Shown here piece after piece: positions 23,664 to 36,000 of a stretch of 50,297 nt of DNA. Below the pieces are notes generated by a model. That model was not told where the DNA came from. It made no database searches and saw only the letters and a list, made by a program, of their open reading frames with translations. Made by a program: the position numbers and the translations under genes. This DNA comes from Spirogloea muscicola. Taxonomy: Eukaryota. Each line of letters begins with the position of its first letter. The stretch's first letter is position 1. The DNA is taken from assembly GCA_009602725.1 (NCBI GenBank), contig WELB01000018.1, positions 840,862-891,158 of the forward strand. The letters run 5' to 3'.

Positions 23664-26090
23664 ATGGCGGGCTCGGTGACGCCCGCGTATAACGAGGACT
23701 ACCTCAAGACGGACTACTGGTATTGCGCCGCACGCTGGCCGTAGCCCACTGCTTCGGCTGGACGTCGACAAGGACAGTGGGCGCTGCCGCAAGCTGGCCT
23801 TGGCGTCTTGCCTCGGCTGCTTGCTGCGCTGACGCTCCGCATCGCTGGCCAGGGATGCCCGGTTCTCGCTTGAGGAGGCATACGAGTGGTTCAAGGGCTA
23901 CGGCGCATTCCGCGACATCCTGTGGCAGCACCTGCGGCCGTCTGACAGGGTGTGCACAGCTCTAGTCGTCAACCCATTTGGTCAAGTCACAGTCCCAATG
24001 CCACAAACGCCTAGCATCATCCTCAGGAGTCCAACCACTTAAGTAAACCTTGGCAGATCGTCAGCAGATGTCACTCTTCAGCTTACTGCCATAATTTTTG
24101 GCAGCGTACGGCCTTGGAGCTGGTCATCAGCGTCTGTATGAAGCCCCTGACCTAGCTTTAACGCCTCAGATTTGGTATATAATACTTCACCCTCTAGAAT
24201 CTTGCTTCAGACATGCTTCACTACCCAACCAACATGAGGCTCCTTGCAAGCCAACCTTCTGCTAAATGTGAGCTTAAAGTTCTTGCAGGCTCCGTGCTTC
24301 TGTAGCAGATATTATCCAGAAGATTTAAGAACGGACCCATCTCAGTGTCAGCAGAATTTTGCAAGGTCCTCCTGAGGGACGCAGACCCTGGTCAGGGCGA
24401 CCAAGGCCAGGCGCTTCAAGTCCTGCTGTGCTGGATCCTCCAGTGGGTAGCCTATCAGGTCAAGCCCTTTTCATCCTGATTCCTAATGCCTGCTGGCAGG
24501 TCCTAATCCTTGGTTGCGGCAATTCGAGCCTCAGCGAGGACCTCTATAGGGATGGAATCACGCAACTGACGAGCACCGATCTCTCCTCAGTGGTTGTTGA
24601 CCGCATGCGCGAGCGCTGCCGGTCCAATGGCTGCGAAGGTGCGCTGGGCGTACCTTACGCCCTGGAGGCTAGACTCGCGGCTTGAGGCCCAAATTGCCTC
24701 AGTGCTTGCAGTACTACAGCAGGATGAGCTTGGTTGTTTGCAGCCTCACAGCTAGACAACCCACGAGTCCTCTACCTATCATCACTCTTGTGTCTCTCAA
24801 TGTTGATCAACCAGTCAGAAGTACGCTGCTGTGGTTGCAGGAATCAGCTGGCAAGTGGCCGACATGACAAACCTGCGCGATTTTGGCGCCGATGCCTTTG
24901 ATGCCGTCATTGAGAAGGGCGCCATGGTCTGCTCCAAGTACTTCATGTACTTCTGTGATGCCTGTCAGCTACTGCATCTACACTTGCTTCACAAGCAAAT
25001 ATGCACAACAAAGCATGAGAAGCTTTCCAATATTGTACATGCCTGACATACTCAGCATTGGACTTTGATCTCAGAGCCCGATCAGATCTGTTGACCGTTT
25101 GCCTGTAAGTTGCTTCTGGTACCTAGGCACTCACTGCAGAGGTTCAAAGCCCCCGCAGCTCAAAGTGGCATGGCTGCACTCGCAGGACGTGCTCTTTGTT
25201 GACAACGAGTCTCCTTGGGACCCCTCGGAGCAAGTTCGTGCCCGCGTCCATGCGATGCTGAGCGAGGTTGACAGGGTCCTCGGCAGCTCAGGCGTGTTCC
25301 TCTCCATCACCTTTGGTCAGGTTTCTGCCACGCACTACTCATCACAACATAGCTCTCCCGCCACGCACTCTCCATTACAACATAGCTCTCCCAAATCATT
25401 CTGAGAGATAAGTTGCTTGAAATGTAAGCCCTTAGAAGTGAGCGATCGTCTATGTGCAAACTTCAAGGTCTGTGCATTGTCGGGTAGTTTGCAGCCCCTG
25501 TTAGGTGCTAGCCAGCACTTAATAAGGGCCAAAGTTTTGTTGCATACTGTGTGATACTATTCTCAGTTCCCAGTCTCCAGTACACAACATGAATTTGGCA
25601 TTTCATGAACGAATCGCAGCTGACAGTCTCCCACTGCACTGCAGCCCCACTTTCGTGGACCGCTATTTGAGACAGACCCCTTCACGTGGGCACTCCGCTA
25701 CGACACCTTTGGAGAGTCGTTCCATTACTTTGTCTTCAACTTGCGCAAGGCTCGTTCCCCAACTCCATCACCATCATCCCCTTCCTTTTCCTCCTCTCAG
25801 AAGAGCAGCTCAATGTATGCATCTCTTGCAGCTGCATCAGCACCAGCAATGCCAAGCATGGTGGCTCTTCGCGACTTGCCGCGCCCTTTCTGCGCATAGA
25901 GCAGACCCACTGAGGCAGCCTGGCCTGTGCGAGACAGGGCACTCGCCGAGCAGGCGACGATGCGCACAAAGTTGGTGCTGACATCGGGCTGCCAGCCAAG
26001 GATGTGCTGGACATGAGCCACGACGAGATGGACTCAGCCGACTACCTCTTACACAATCTGCTTCTGGACGAGGACAAGGAGTCCAGCTGA
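23664..26090 (+). CDS. Class I SAM-dependent methyltransferase, EEF1AKMT4/ECE2-N/METTL13-like; 7 exons inferred
   Basis: MAGSVTPAYNEDYLKTDYW|DARFSLEEAYEWFKGY...|VLILGCGNSSLSEDLY...TDLSSVVV|VADMTNL..FDAVIEKGAM|DVLFVDNESPWDP...VFLSITFGQ|PHFR..FHYFVFNLRK|GTRR...MSHDEMDSADYLL...ESS*. The last intron requires a GC donor. Confidence 0.9.
25327..25392. repeat. 33-bp tandem duplication at the start of an intron
   Basis: gccacgcactactcatcacaacatagctctccc followed by gccacgcactctccattacaacatagctctccc. Confidence 0.85.
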
Positions 26091-26425
26091 CGGCGGAGCC
26101 CAGCCACCAAGTGGGCTAGCAAGACTTAGGACAGTACCCTCCTTTCCACAACGACTGAACCAGTCAGATGTTAACTGTCTGGAAACAGGAATAGCAGCCG
26201 CCATTGATTGACCAACGCTACCTGCGTGCTACACTCGGGCTCTGTTTCCAGGGGGCACGAGCATCTCAGCAATGGCAAATTCATGCCAAAAACAGTGACC
26301 AATGTGGTGTCGTGCTACCTACTAGATGCAATCTAAGCAATTCACCTGATAATCATGATCCCGAGCAAGTGGTCAGCAGTGGCAAAAATCTCGGTGGCAG
26401 CAGAGATCGAGTTTTGGGCGTTCAC

Positions 26426-29400
26426 TCAGGCGCGCCCACCAGTGACAGCTGCAATCTCAGCGGCAAAGTCTGCAGACCGTCGTTCGAGGCCCTCGCCAAG
26501 GTTAAACCGCTCGAAACGCCGGACCTGGATGTTCTCGCCCAGCGCCGCGACTGTGGCCTTGACCAGGTCCTTCACCTTCAGCTTGTCGTCGCGGATGTAA
26601 GGCTGCTCCAGCAGCGCGAGCTCATCGTACCGCTTGGCGACTCGCCCGTCCACGATCCTGGCGCGCACGCCCTCCGGCTTGCTCTTGAGGTCCTCCTTCT
26701 GCTCCTCGAGCTCGCGCTCGCGCGCCCGTGCCACCGGGTCGATGTCATCCACGCTCACCACCCGCACTGCCGGCGACGCCGCCACCTGCACAAGTGCCGC
26801 TGAGGTCAGTCGCCCTGCTGCTGGCAACCCTTTCGGCGCACGAGCGTGAACAGCGGCAGGCATGCATGGCCTTGTACCAGGACTTGCAATCGCCGCAAGA
26901 ATGGCAAGATTGGCATACGGATGCCAAAAGCCCGGCCGTCGACCAAGGCCCGAGGAGCATGTACCTGCATGGCGAGGTTCTCGACCAGCTCCTTGAATTG
27001 GTCGCTGCGGGCGACAAAATCCGTCTCGCTGTTGACCTCGATCAAAACCCCGATGCGGCCGTCGTGAATGTAGCTGCCAACGAGGCCCTCCGACGCAGCG
27101 CGGCCGGCCTTCTTGGCGGCGCTGGCCAGGCCCTTCTTCCGGAGGTAGTCGGCGGCGGCGTCGAGGTCGCCGCCGCATGCTGCCAGTGCCTTCTTGCAGT
27201 CCATCATGCCCGCACCCGTCGACTCGCGCAGCTCCTTGACCAGCTCTGGCGCCACCGCCACTGCAGGCGTTGGCGCTGGTGCCGCCTCGGGCGCCGCAGC
27301 TTCCGGCTTGGCGGCCGCCGGCTCGGCGGCCGCCGGCTCGGTGACCGTCGGCTCGGCCGCTTTCGGAGTGCCACCGGCTGCTGCTGCCGCAACCTCGGCA
27401 GCAAAGTCTGTGGATTTCTTGGCGAGGCCCTCGCCGAGGTTGAAGCGCACGAAGCGACGGACACGGATGTTCTCACCGATGCGTGCGACTGCGGACTTGA
27501 CATGGTCCTTGACCTTCACCTTGTCGTCCTTGATGTACGGCTGCTCCAAGAGCGCAAGCTCGTCCAAGCGCTTGGCCACGCGGCCATCCACGATCTTCGC
27601 GCGCACGGCCTCCGGCTTGCTCTTGAGGTCCTCCTTCCCTAGCTCCAGCTCGCGCTCCCGCGCCTTGACCCCCTCCTCGATCTCGTCCGTGCTGACAACC
27701 ATCACCGCCGGGCAAGCTGCCACCTGCATGCCCAGGTCCTCCACCAGCTCCTTGAACGCGTCGCCGCGTGCCACGAAATCAGTTTCGCAGTTCACCTGGC
27801 CCCAACAAGTTGCGAGGCAAACAACCAATGGATCAGCTTACTTGCAGGTACTGGCTGCATTGCCAAGCCAAGCCAAGCCAAGCTACGAGTCAATCTGAGT
27901 GAGCCTGTCAATGTCATTCACCTTGCTGTTGATGAATAACTATGACAACATGTCTTGACTTCTCCAACAATGATCTCGTCTATCAAAACTGCAGCAACTG
28001 CCGAGGGCTGCCAGGTGCGAATGCCCAGGCAAGCACCCACAAAGCTAAGTCCAGTTGCCGGCAACAGAGCGGCCCAATCCTGCCAGCCGCTGACCTCAAT
28101 GAGGACGCCAATGCGGCCGTCGTGGATGTAGCTGCTGACGACGCCCTCGGCAGCGGCGCGGGACGACTTCTTGTCAGCAGAGGCCAGGCCCTTGCGGCGC
28201 AGCACGTCGCGCGCGGCATCCAGGTCGCCCTTGGCCTCGGCGAGCGCCTTCTTGCAGTCCATCATGCCAGCGCCCGTCTCGTCCCGCAGCGCCTTGACGA
28301 CTGCAGCTGACACGCCGCCGCCGCTGCCACTGCCAGTGCCGCCACTACCGGCTGAGGCAGCCATGGCCACCACTGGCAAACCACCGGCGGCTTTGAGCTC
28401 GACGGCGGAACCAGCGGCAGCGGCCGCCGGCGGCGGCGGGACGGCCTCGAGGGCCGGCTGCTCCGTCTCCTTGGGCGCGGCCTCAACCTCCGGAGTCTCC
28501 TCCACCACTGGCAACTCCGCCGCCTGCGGCGCCTCTGGCTCTGCCGGCGCAGGCGCTGGCGCCGAAGCCACCTCGTCTTCAGACGCCGGCGTGTCAATCG
28601 GGAGCGGCGCCGCCTCAGCTGGCGTGGCCGCGGCATCAGAGACAGCCGCAGGCTCCTCAGCTTCCGGTGCAGCCGCTGGCAGCTGCGGCTCCTCCAGTGG
28701 CGGCGCTGCCTCTGCCGCAGACTCCTCGCCCACTGACAGCACCTCCTCGGGAGAGCTACCTGCCTCGCTAGCCTCTCCCGACGCCGGAGGCCCCTCGGCA
28801 GCCATGATGGACGGCCCCCCTGCAGCAGCCATCACCGCCGCTGCAGGCTCCTCAAATGTCGCTGCCGCCGGAAGCTCCTCAGCTGCCGCCGCCACCGCCG
28901 GCAAGGCCTCCTCCTTCACTGCAGGCTCCTCTACTGCCGGAGGCTCCTCAGCTGCAGCCGCCGCCACTGGAGGTTCCTCAGTTGCTGCTGCCGCGGGCGA
29001 GGCCTCCTTGACTGCAGGCTCGGCTACTGGCGCCGGCTGCACCTCAGCCTTCTCCACTACCTCTGGCACTGGCGCCGCTTCGGCCGCTGCGCCAGCCTCC
29101 GCCGGGCCCGGAGACAGCATAGAGGCCGACACCGCGGCAGGCACCTCGGACACAAATGTAGGCAGCGGCGCTTCCTCCACCACCGCAGCATCCACTGCCG
29201 CCGGAGGAGGGGGTGGCGGCGGCAGCTCCTCCGCTGCCGCTGCCCCCAGCGGTGGCGCCTCGTCGGCCGCAACCTCAAGCTCCTCGGCTGCCGCAGGTGC
29301 TGGCGGCGAGGCCGAAGCCTCGGAGATGGGCTCCGGCAACAGTGCCGGCACGTCGTCCGCCGCGGGCTCCTCGACTGTCGGCGCCACGGCCAAGGGCTCC

Positions 29401-31332
29401 GCCTCAGATGCTGCTGGCAGCGCAGGCTGCTCTTCTATCTCTGCTGCCGCCGGCGCAGCCACCGCAGGCTCCAGCACTGGCGGCTCCTCCTCCACCGATG
29501 GCGGCTCCGTCGCCGCTGCGGCGGGCTCCTCCGGAGTCGGCGGAGGCTCCTCCACTGCCGGCTGCACTTCCGCTGAGCCGGACAGCGCCGCCTCCAGCTC
29601 CGGCGCAGACTCCAGCTCGATGGTGGGCGGCGCCCGGCTGGCGACAGCTGCCTCCGGCAGCGCCGCCTCCACCTGCGAGATGGCCGCATCCTCAGACTCC
29701 ACGGGTCGTGCCGAATCCTCCTCCGCTGGCACCTCCTCAGTGGCCACGGGCTTGGCGTCCTCCACCTCGGCGATCGCTGACACCTCGGGCTTTGCCACAG
29801 CCTCCTCGTCCTTCAGTTCCTTCTCTTCAACCGCCGGCTCGGGACTGTCGACGTCCTCCACGGTGGCCTCCGACACAGGGCTGGCGGCTGCCTCCTCCGC
29901 TGGCGCCTCCTCGGTGGCCGCCAGGAGAGGGTCCTCCTCAGCACCTACTGCTGTTGACACCGCCTCCGGCTCTGCAGCAGGGGCAGCCAGCGATGCCTCC
30001 ACCACCTCGTCGGCTTCCACCTGCTCATATGAGTCAGATGCTCAGCGTCGGTTGCAAAGGAGCGATGCAACGCAGGCATTGCACTGATGGGGATCTCACA
30101 GAGTCTTACTTTGTCCTGGATGAGATTTGCACGACGGAACGCCAGCTCGAATGGATTCAGCGCCGCACCCGTGTCGTTGATCGACGTGTTGATGCCCTTA
30201 AGCTGCAGGAAGCAAGGCGGCAGCGGTGGGGCAACAGCTCTCAGTGGCGGCCACATTGATTGCGGCAAGTGATACGCCAGGATGACCACTGCGCACCAAG
30301 GTCTGGGCAAGAGCTCTGGAAAGAAGAGGGGGGCGCGAGAGGGTGATAGAGCACAGGCTGAGGAAAGAGAGACGGGAATGAGGTGACAGACACAGAGGGA
30401 GAATATGGCTAGGAAGAGGAAGGAGGGGAGGAGGAAGCTGAGGGCCGAGGAAGAGGGAGGGAGGCGGAGAGAGGAATGGTTCAGTGGCGGCTGCTGTTGG
30501 TGGTAAGGACAAGCGAATGCTGCTTACATCGACGCGCTCCCGCATGGTCAGACTGATCTTGTTCCGCTGCAGGCACCATCAGCACATCGCTGCAGCATCA
30601 GTGCTGCCGCAGTGAAACCACAGCTGCCGCCATCGAGGAGGGCAGCGGGACCTCCGCACCCGTCAAGGTCATCTCAGAGAGGAGGGAGGAGACAAGAGCC
30701 GCAGAGGTGAAAGCAGGCCCGCACCTCAATCCTGAGAATGCGCACGTTGACCTCCTGGCCAGCCGTCACCATCGACTCCACAGCCACATTCTCGCCTGCG
30801 CATTTGCCGCATGCGTCAGCAGCCGACGGGCCGAGCTCCCCTCAGCTCGGGTCCCAGGCAGTCGCTCCACAGGCCAGACGCCAGAGCAAGAGAAGCGAGG
30901 GAGGGCAAATACAGGAAGAGGGATGAGAGAATGAGAAGGGAGAGAGAGGAGGAAGGAAAGAGGAGGGAGAGGGAGGAGGGCAGTGAAGGGGAGAGCATTC
31001 ACGGACTCACCTCCTTCCGCCATCTCAGAGGCATGGAGGAGGCCCTCGACGCCCTCTGCGAGCTCTATGAAAGCGCCGAAGGATGCGAGATTCTTGACCG
31101 TGCCCTTCACCATCTGATCGCCACAGGGGTGCGCTGTGGGTGGTCAGCCGACCTGGACAGTTGGCAAAGACGGAGCCGCGGTGTGGCAGCGATGGCTTCT
31201 GCTTCGCCAGCGCACCTGGCCCTTCTTGAAGTCGTGCGCAGGTCTCTTGTCGTCTCCCGCTGGCGTCCGGCGGCCGCCACCGCGGCCGCCGGCGACCTTG
31301 CCGCGGCTGGCCAGGCGGCCACCCGGCGCCGC
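26426..31332 (-). CDS. PETs: Plastid polyprotein of S1 RNA-binding domain(s) (PSRP-7) and two EF-Ts repeats (PETs/EMB2726-like); 5' part lost in the N gap
   Basis: S1 domain [35 protein letters not shown]...[15 protein letters not shown], then NPFELAFRR and a long A/E/P-rich linker. Two EF-Ts units follow, each with [16 protein letters not shown]...[10 protein letters not shown](C/S)ETDFVAR...LLEQPYI.DDK..VKD..K...GENI.VRRF.RFNLGE. Stop at 26426. Confidence 0.95.
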
Positions 31333-32199
31333 NNNNNNNNNNNNNNNNNNNNNNNNNNNNNNNNNNNNNNNNNNNNNNNNNNNNNNNNNNNNNNNNNNNN
31401 NNNNNNNNNNNNNNNNNNNNNNNNNNNNNNNNNNNNNNNNNNNNNNNNNNNNNNNNNNNNNNNNNNNNNNNNNNNNNNNNNNNNNNNNNNNNNNNNNNNN
31501 NNNNNNNNNNNNNNNNNNNNNNNNNNNNNNNNNNNNNNNNNNNNNNNNNNNNNNNNNNNNNNNNNNNNNNNNNNNNNNNNNNNNNNNNNNNNNNNNNNNN
31601 NNNNNNNNNNNNNNNNNNNNNNNNNNNNNNNNNNNNNNNNNNNNNNNNNNNNNNNNNNNNNNNNNNNNNNNNNNNNNNNNNNNNNNNNNNNNNNNNNNNN
31701 NNNNNNNNNNNNNNNNNNNNNNNNNNNNNNNNNNNNNNNNNNNNNNNNNNNNNNNNNNNNNNNNNNNNNNNNNNNNNNNNNNNNNNNNNNNNNNNNNNNN
31801 NNNNNNNNNNNNNNNNNNNNNNNNNNNNNNNNNNNNNNNNNNNNNNNNNNNNNNNNNNNNNNNNNNNNNNNNNNNNNNNNNNNNNNNNNNNNNNNNNNNN
31901 NNNNNNNNNNNNNNNNNNNNNNNNNNNNNNNNNNNNNNNNNNNNNNNNNNNNNNNNNNNNNNNNNNNNNNNNNNNNNNNNNNNNNNNNNNNNNNNNNNNN
32001 NNNNNNNNNNNNNNNNNNNNNNNNNNNNNNNNNNNNNNNNNNNNNNNNNNNNNNNNNNNNNNNNNNNNNNNNNNNNNNNNNNNNNNNNNNNNNNNNNNNN
32101 NNNNNNNNNNNNNNNNNNNNNNNNNNNNNNNNNNNNNNNNNNNNNNNNNNNNNNNNNNNNNNNNNNNNNNNNNNNNNNNNNNNNNNNNNNNNNNNNNNN
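31333..32199. other. Assembly gap (867 N); a second gap of 79 N lies at 15679-15757
   Basis: N runs, both flanked by very GC-rich 5' gene regions. Confidence 1.
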
Positions 32200-32532
32200 A
32201 GGAACCAGGGGTCCAGCACGAAGACGGGGTAGACGGCGGGCGGGGCGCCGGCGCAGGCGGCGTGCAGCGCGGGGTTGTCGTGCAGCCGCAGGCCCTTGCG
32301 GAACCACAGCAGCGCGCTGCGCGGGCGGCGCGGAGGTGAGGGCCGGGAGCGCGGCGCGCTCGCCGGGCGACCGGGAGGACCGCGGAGGCCGGCGCGGCGG
32401 CGGGAGGAGCGCTTTAAGGTTAGGGTTTCGGGCGACGGGCTGCGGTCAAAGTCTGAGAGCGGACCTGCCGGCGCGGCCGTTGGCGGCGGCGGCGGCGGCG
32501 GCGGCCATGGCGGCGGCGGCGGCGGCCGCCAT
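32200..32532 (-). CDS. UVR3: N-terminus of a (6-4) photolyase/cryptochrome-family protein; remainder not visible (N gap)
   Basis: ATG at 32532. [22 protein letters not shown], a GT-AG intron at 32464-32317, then [52 protein letters not shown] is the (6-4) photolyase/animal-type CRY signature. Confidence 0.8.
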
Positions 32533-33000
32533 CGCGACGAGGGGGGGTCCTGCGGGGCGCCGAAGGAGGGAGAGAGAGGGGGGAGGAGGGAGGTTGGGGG
32601 TTTAAGGCCTGCCTGGCCCCCCAGGCCGGGCCGCGTGCGCGCGCGGGCGCCACAAAGCTGGCCTAGGGAGGGGGAGGAGGGAGAGAGGACGCTCTTAGGC
32701 GATTTGTATGCTAACAGAATGATGTGAGATCGGGGAGGGAGGAAGCGGGCGCGGGGTGAGAGGGAGGGCAGCCGGAGGAGGGAGGGGCGCGGGGCTCGTG
32801 ACGGAACGGTGGGCTGACGATCTGGTGCCGCCGTTGCTGGCCCGCTCCTCGCAATTTCCACGTGGATGCCACCCTGGATTTATTCCTCCCAATGGGAACG
32901 AGCTCTTGGAGGCAGTTTTGTGCTCAACTCGTGAGGGCCTCCGGTAGCGAACCTCGCGGCGGCGGCGGTGTCGTCGGCGGCGGCGGCGGCGGCGGCGGCG
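32533..33000. promoter_or_regulatory. Probable bidirectional promoter (468 bp between the two ATGs) with a palindromic G-box
   Basis: Divergent ATGs at 32532(-) and 33001(+). TCCACGTGGA at 32857-32866 and CCAAT at ~32889. Confidence 0.55.
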
Positions 33001-36000
33001 ATGGAGGTCGTGGCGACGGTGCGGGCCAAGCTGAAGCCGACGCCCAAGGCGCCGGGCATCGACGGCGTGCTCATGATGGTGCGTGCCCTCCGCCAGGGAA
33101 GCTCCGAGGCCTCCGAAGCTCCGGGAGCGTCGCCCAGGCCACTGCCCGTGGCTGGCGGACGACGACGGGCCATGCACAGAGGACGCAGCACTCCACGGCC
33201 GTTTGGCGATGCGGCGCATTCTGCCAATCGGAAGCGCCGTTGCTCGGGCGCTGCACCTTTGGCTGGCTAGGGGATGTGCGGCAGCATCCCGTCCGTCCAT
33301 TGCGGTTCTCTCGTCGCGCTGAGGCGCTCCGCATAGAGAGCGCGTCGCCCGCTCTCGCGACCTCTTGGCGTCCGAGGCGCGCCTAGGCATCAAGCGAAAC
33401 CCTCGCTAAATGGCGTCGGAGCTGCGCGAGAGTGAAGGGAGCGGGCTAAGCACTTGCGCTGAGCGCCCCTCCTCGTGCTCGTTCCGCAGGCTGCCGACCA
33501 ATTCGTGTGGTCGCCGAACAACCCCGCCGCGGCGGTCAAGGTGGAGCTGCACCACCGCGCAATCACAAGTGAGGGCCAGGAGTGGTCGTATCATCCCACT
33601 GAAGGACAGCTAGCGCACTTGATTGAGCCGAGCACCTCGTCTGAGTTCAGATTAGGTGTCAGGTGCTTGATAATGGCCTGTCTGGTCGCGAATTATGATC
33701 GCTCTACAGTGCTCTTGGCGCCACTACACTGGCGTCCTGTGCCTGAGAATGTCACCGGTGCAGAAGCGACATCTTCACCCAGGAAGCTCATTGAATTGCC
33801 TGCCTCTCGTTACATTGCAGCAAATATGTACAGCGCTGAGAAGACTGGCAAGGCCCTCGCCAAGATCTCCACCAAGAGCAAGGTCAGCAACTTACATGCA
33901 TGGGCCTCTTGTTCGTACTTTGATAGGACCATTGGTTGTTCATCAGACATCAGGCCAATAGAGTAGTTGCCAGAGGTTGGACACCGTGGAAAGCCGATCG
34001 AAAGTCCTACTCAAGTACTGCTTGAGGAGATGTGAACCAGAATATCCATATTGTAATGTGCTCGCAATACGCAGAAGGTTTTACTAGTTGGTTGTTAGAA
34101 ACTCCTGATCTTTCAATGAAGACTTCTGACACTGCCTTGCTATGCTCTGCACAGACCGATGGATACATTTTTGAATTTGCAACTTTTGCAGATCGAGACC
34201 AGTTGCGCAGTCTTGTGAGTATGTCTGTTCAACCCTCCAGCAGCAGCTCTGACGTGTTTGATTGGACTAAGTTGTCCTACAAGGAAAAAGATCATACAGT
34301 GACTCCTGCAGGCATACTTAGCAGCATGATTGCTTCCCATGTTGTTAAGTACTGCTGCTGCTTTGCTACTGCATGTCAGCAAGACAAGTCGGCAAGCATG
34401 TGCATATCAGAATTAAACAATGCACAAATATGTTATTGCTCCTGGTGCAGCAAGCTATCTCGCCAAGCACGGAGCAGTTGCGGCCCCTGCAACAGCTACC
34501 AAAGACAAAGCGACTGGGGTACGTCAATCTGCTGTCAACTTGAGCGAGGAGGAAATAAAGCGTCGACATGATCTTCTCATGTCTGACAGGTACAATGGCA
34601 CGAACTTAGTTGCTGGTGCTTTGTTGTCGCTGTTCGTCTTTTTGCTCCTGCTTGGATTTTTTCGCCAAGGTGTGCAAGGTATCAAGCACGTTGGTCGTTG
34701 TTGTCCTGAGTTCTTCTGAGCCATTTGATTCACGTCATATACAGCAAGCTTCGGGAACTACATCGGGAGCTTGTTATGAAGGGTGCACTAACGGAACCTG
34801 AATTTTGGGCGACTCGCAAGGTACATTCCTTTGCTTTTCACAGTAGGCTACCTGAATCATGATGCCTGAATGCTTTTCATATTGGAATCAACTTGTATTC
34901 TGCTGTCTAAGTTCTTCATACCTTTTGGGCTTGTACTGGCTGTAGGCCATGCTGGACGGAGAGGCCAATCAGAAGACCAGGCAGAAGACAGGCTATGCCA
35001 GTGCCATGCTGGCAGACCTGCGCCCGCAGACTGATGGCAGGGTACTCACATTTTCCATCGTATTTCAGTATTACGTACAAACTAGTCTCTTCATGTCCTT
35101 GAAGTGGGCAGCATGTCTGCAGCCTGTCAGTGGTTGTTGGAACTTTTTTTGTGGAGATTGTACGTGGTGATGAAGTGGGACACAAAGAGTGTTGTATCAG
35201 CATCACTTATGGCATGATAAGAAACGTCCCTCCACTTCAAGAATGTGATTGTTGGCATTCCCTTTCCTTTCAGACCAACACAGTGCAATTCAATCTGACT
35301 CCTGAGATCATACACCAGGTATCTGCAACACCCACAACAAAGACTTGATAGGGGGACTGCTCTTGCTAGTCTGTGTCTGTCAATTGGCTCCAACACAAAT
35401 TGGAGTCCCTCTGCATTCACGGCATTTCTTGCAAGTTAGTGGACACCAATGTTGTACTTGATGAGGATCTGAACGGGACATTTGAGATCATATTGTCATT
35501 ACAGATATTTGCAGAGAAGCCAGCTGTACATAAGGCTTTCCTTGAGTGTGTTCCTGCCAAAGTAAGAAAACAGATTACTCTGATTTAGTCAGCAAGCATG
35601 TACTTTAGACAGAGGACAGCTTCATGCTGTGGTGTTCTCTGATAGCAGGCGCTTGCTCTGCATGCCCTCAAGCTGACACTATCACAAGTCTTGCTTGCAT
35701 CCTCTAGATGAGCCAAAAGGAGTTCTGGACGAAGTACTTCAAGGCCGAGTACTTCTTCCGGAAGCGCCACAGTTCTGCAGCCTTGGAGGCTGCAGAGGAT
35801 GACGATGATGTTGCCATGTTTGTCCGAGAGGACCCGCAGCTTGCGGAGGAGGCCCGCCGTAAGGTGATCTAGAAATTTAAGCAGATAGTCAACATGCTCG
35901 CTCAGTCAAACATTGTATCTACTTCTGCTGATAGGGACTACGACGTATTTGCAGTGGCCTGCATTTTTAAGATCGTACTGCTGGAATCAAGCCAGTATGA

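Noticed and set aside
28171..30087. 638-aa Ser/Ala/Gly-rich ORF on the + strand (and the 348-aa ORF at 29213-30259)
   Set aside because: Antisense shadow of the GC-rich, low-complexity PETs linker exon; no independent domain signal.
30300..31000. Polypurine GA-rich tracts
   Set aside because: Low-complexity pyrimidine-rich intron sequence of the - strand PETs gene; no discrete element.
30811..32861. Long ORFs of 387-584 aa spanning the N gap
   Set aside because: Artefacts of translating through Ns; they do not show a photolyase-PETs fusion.
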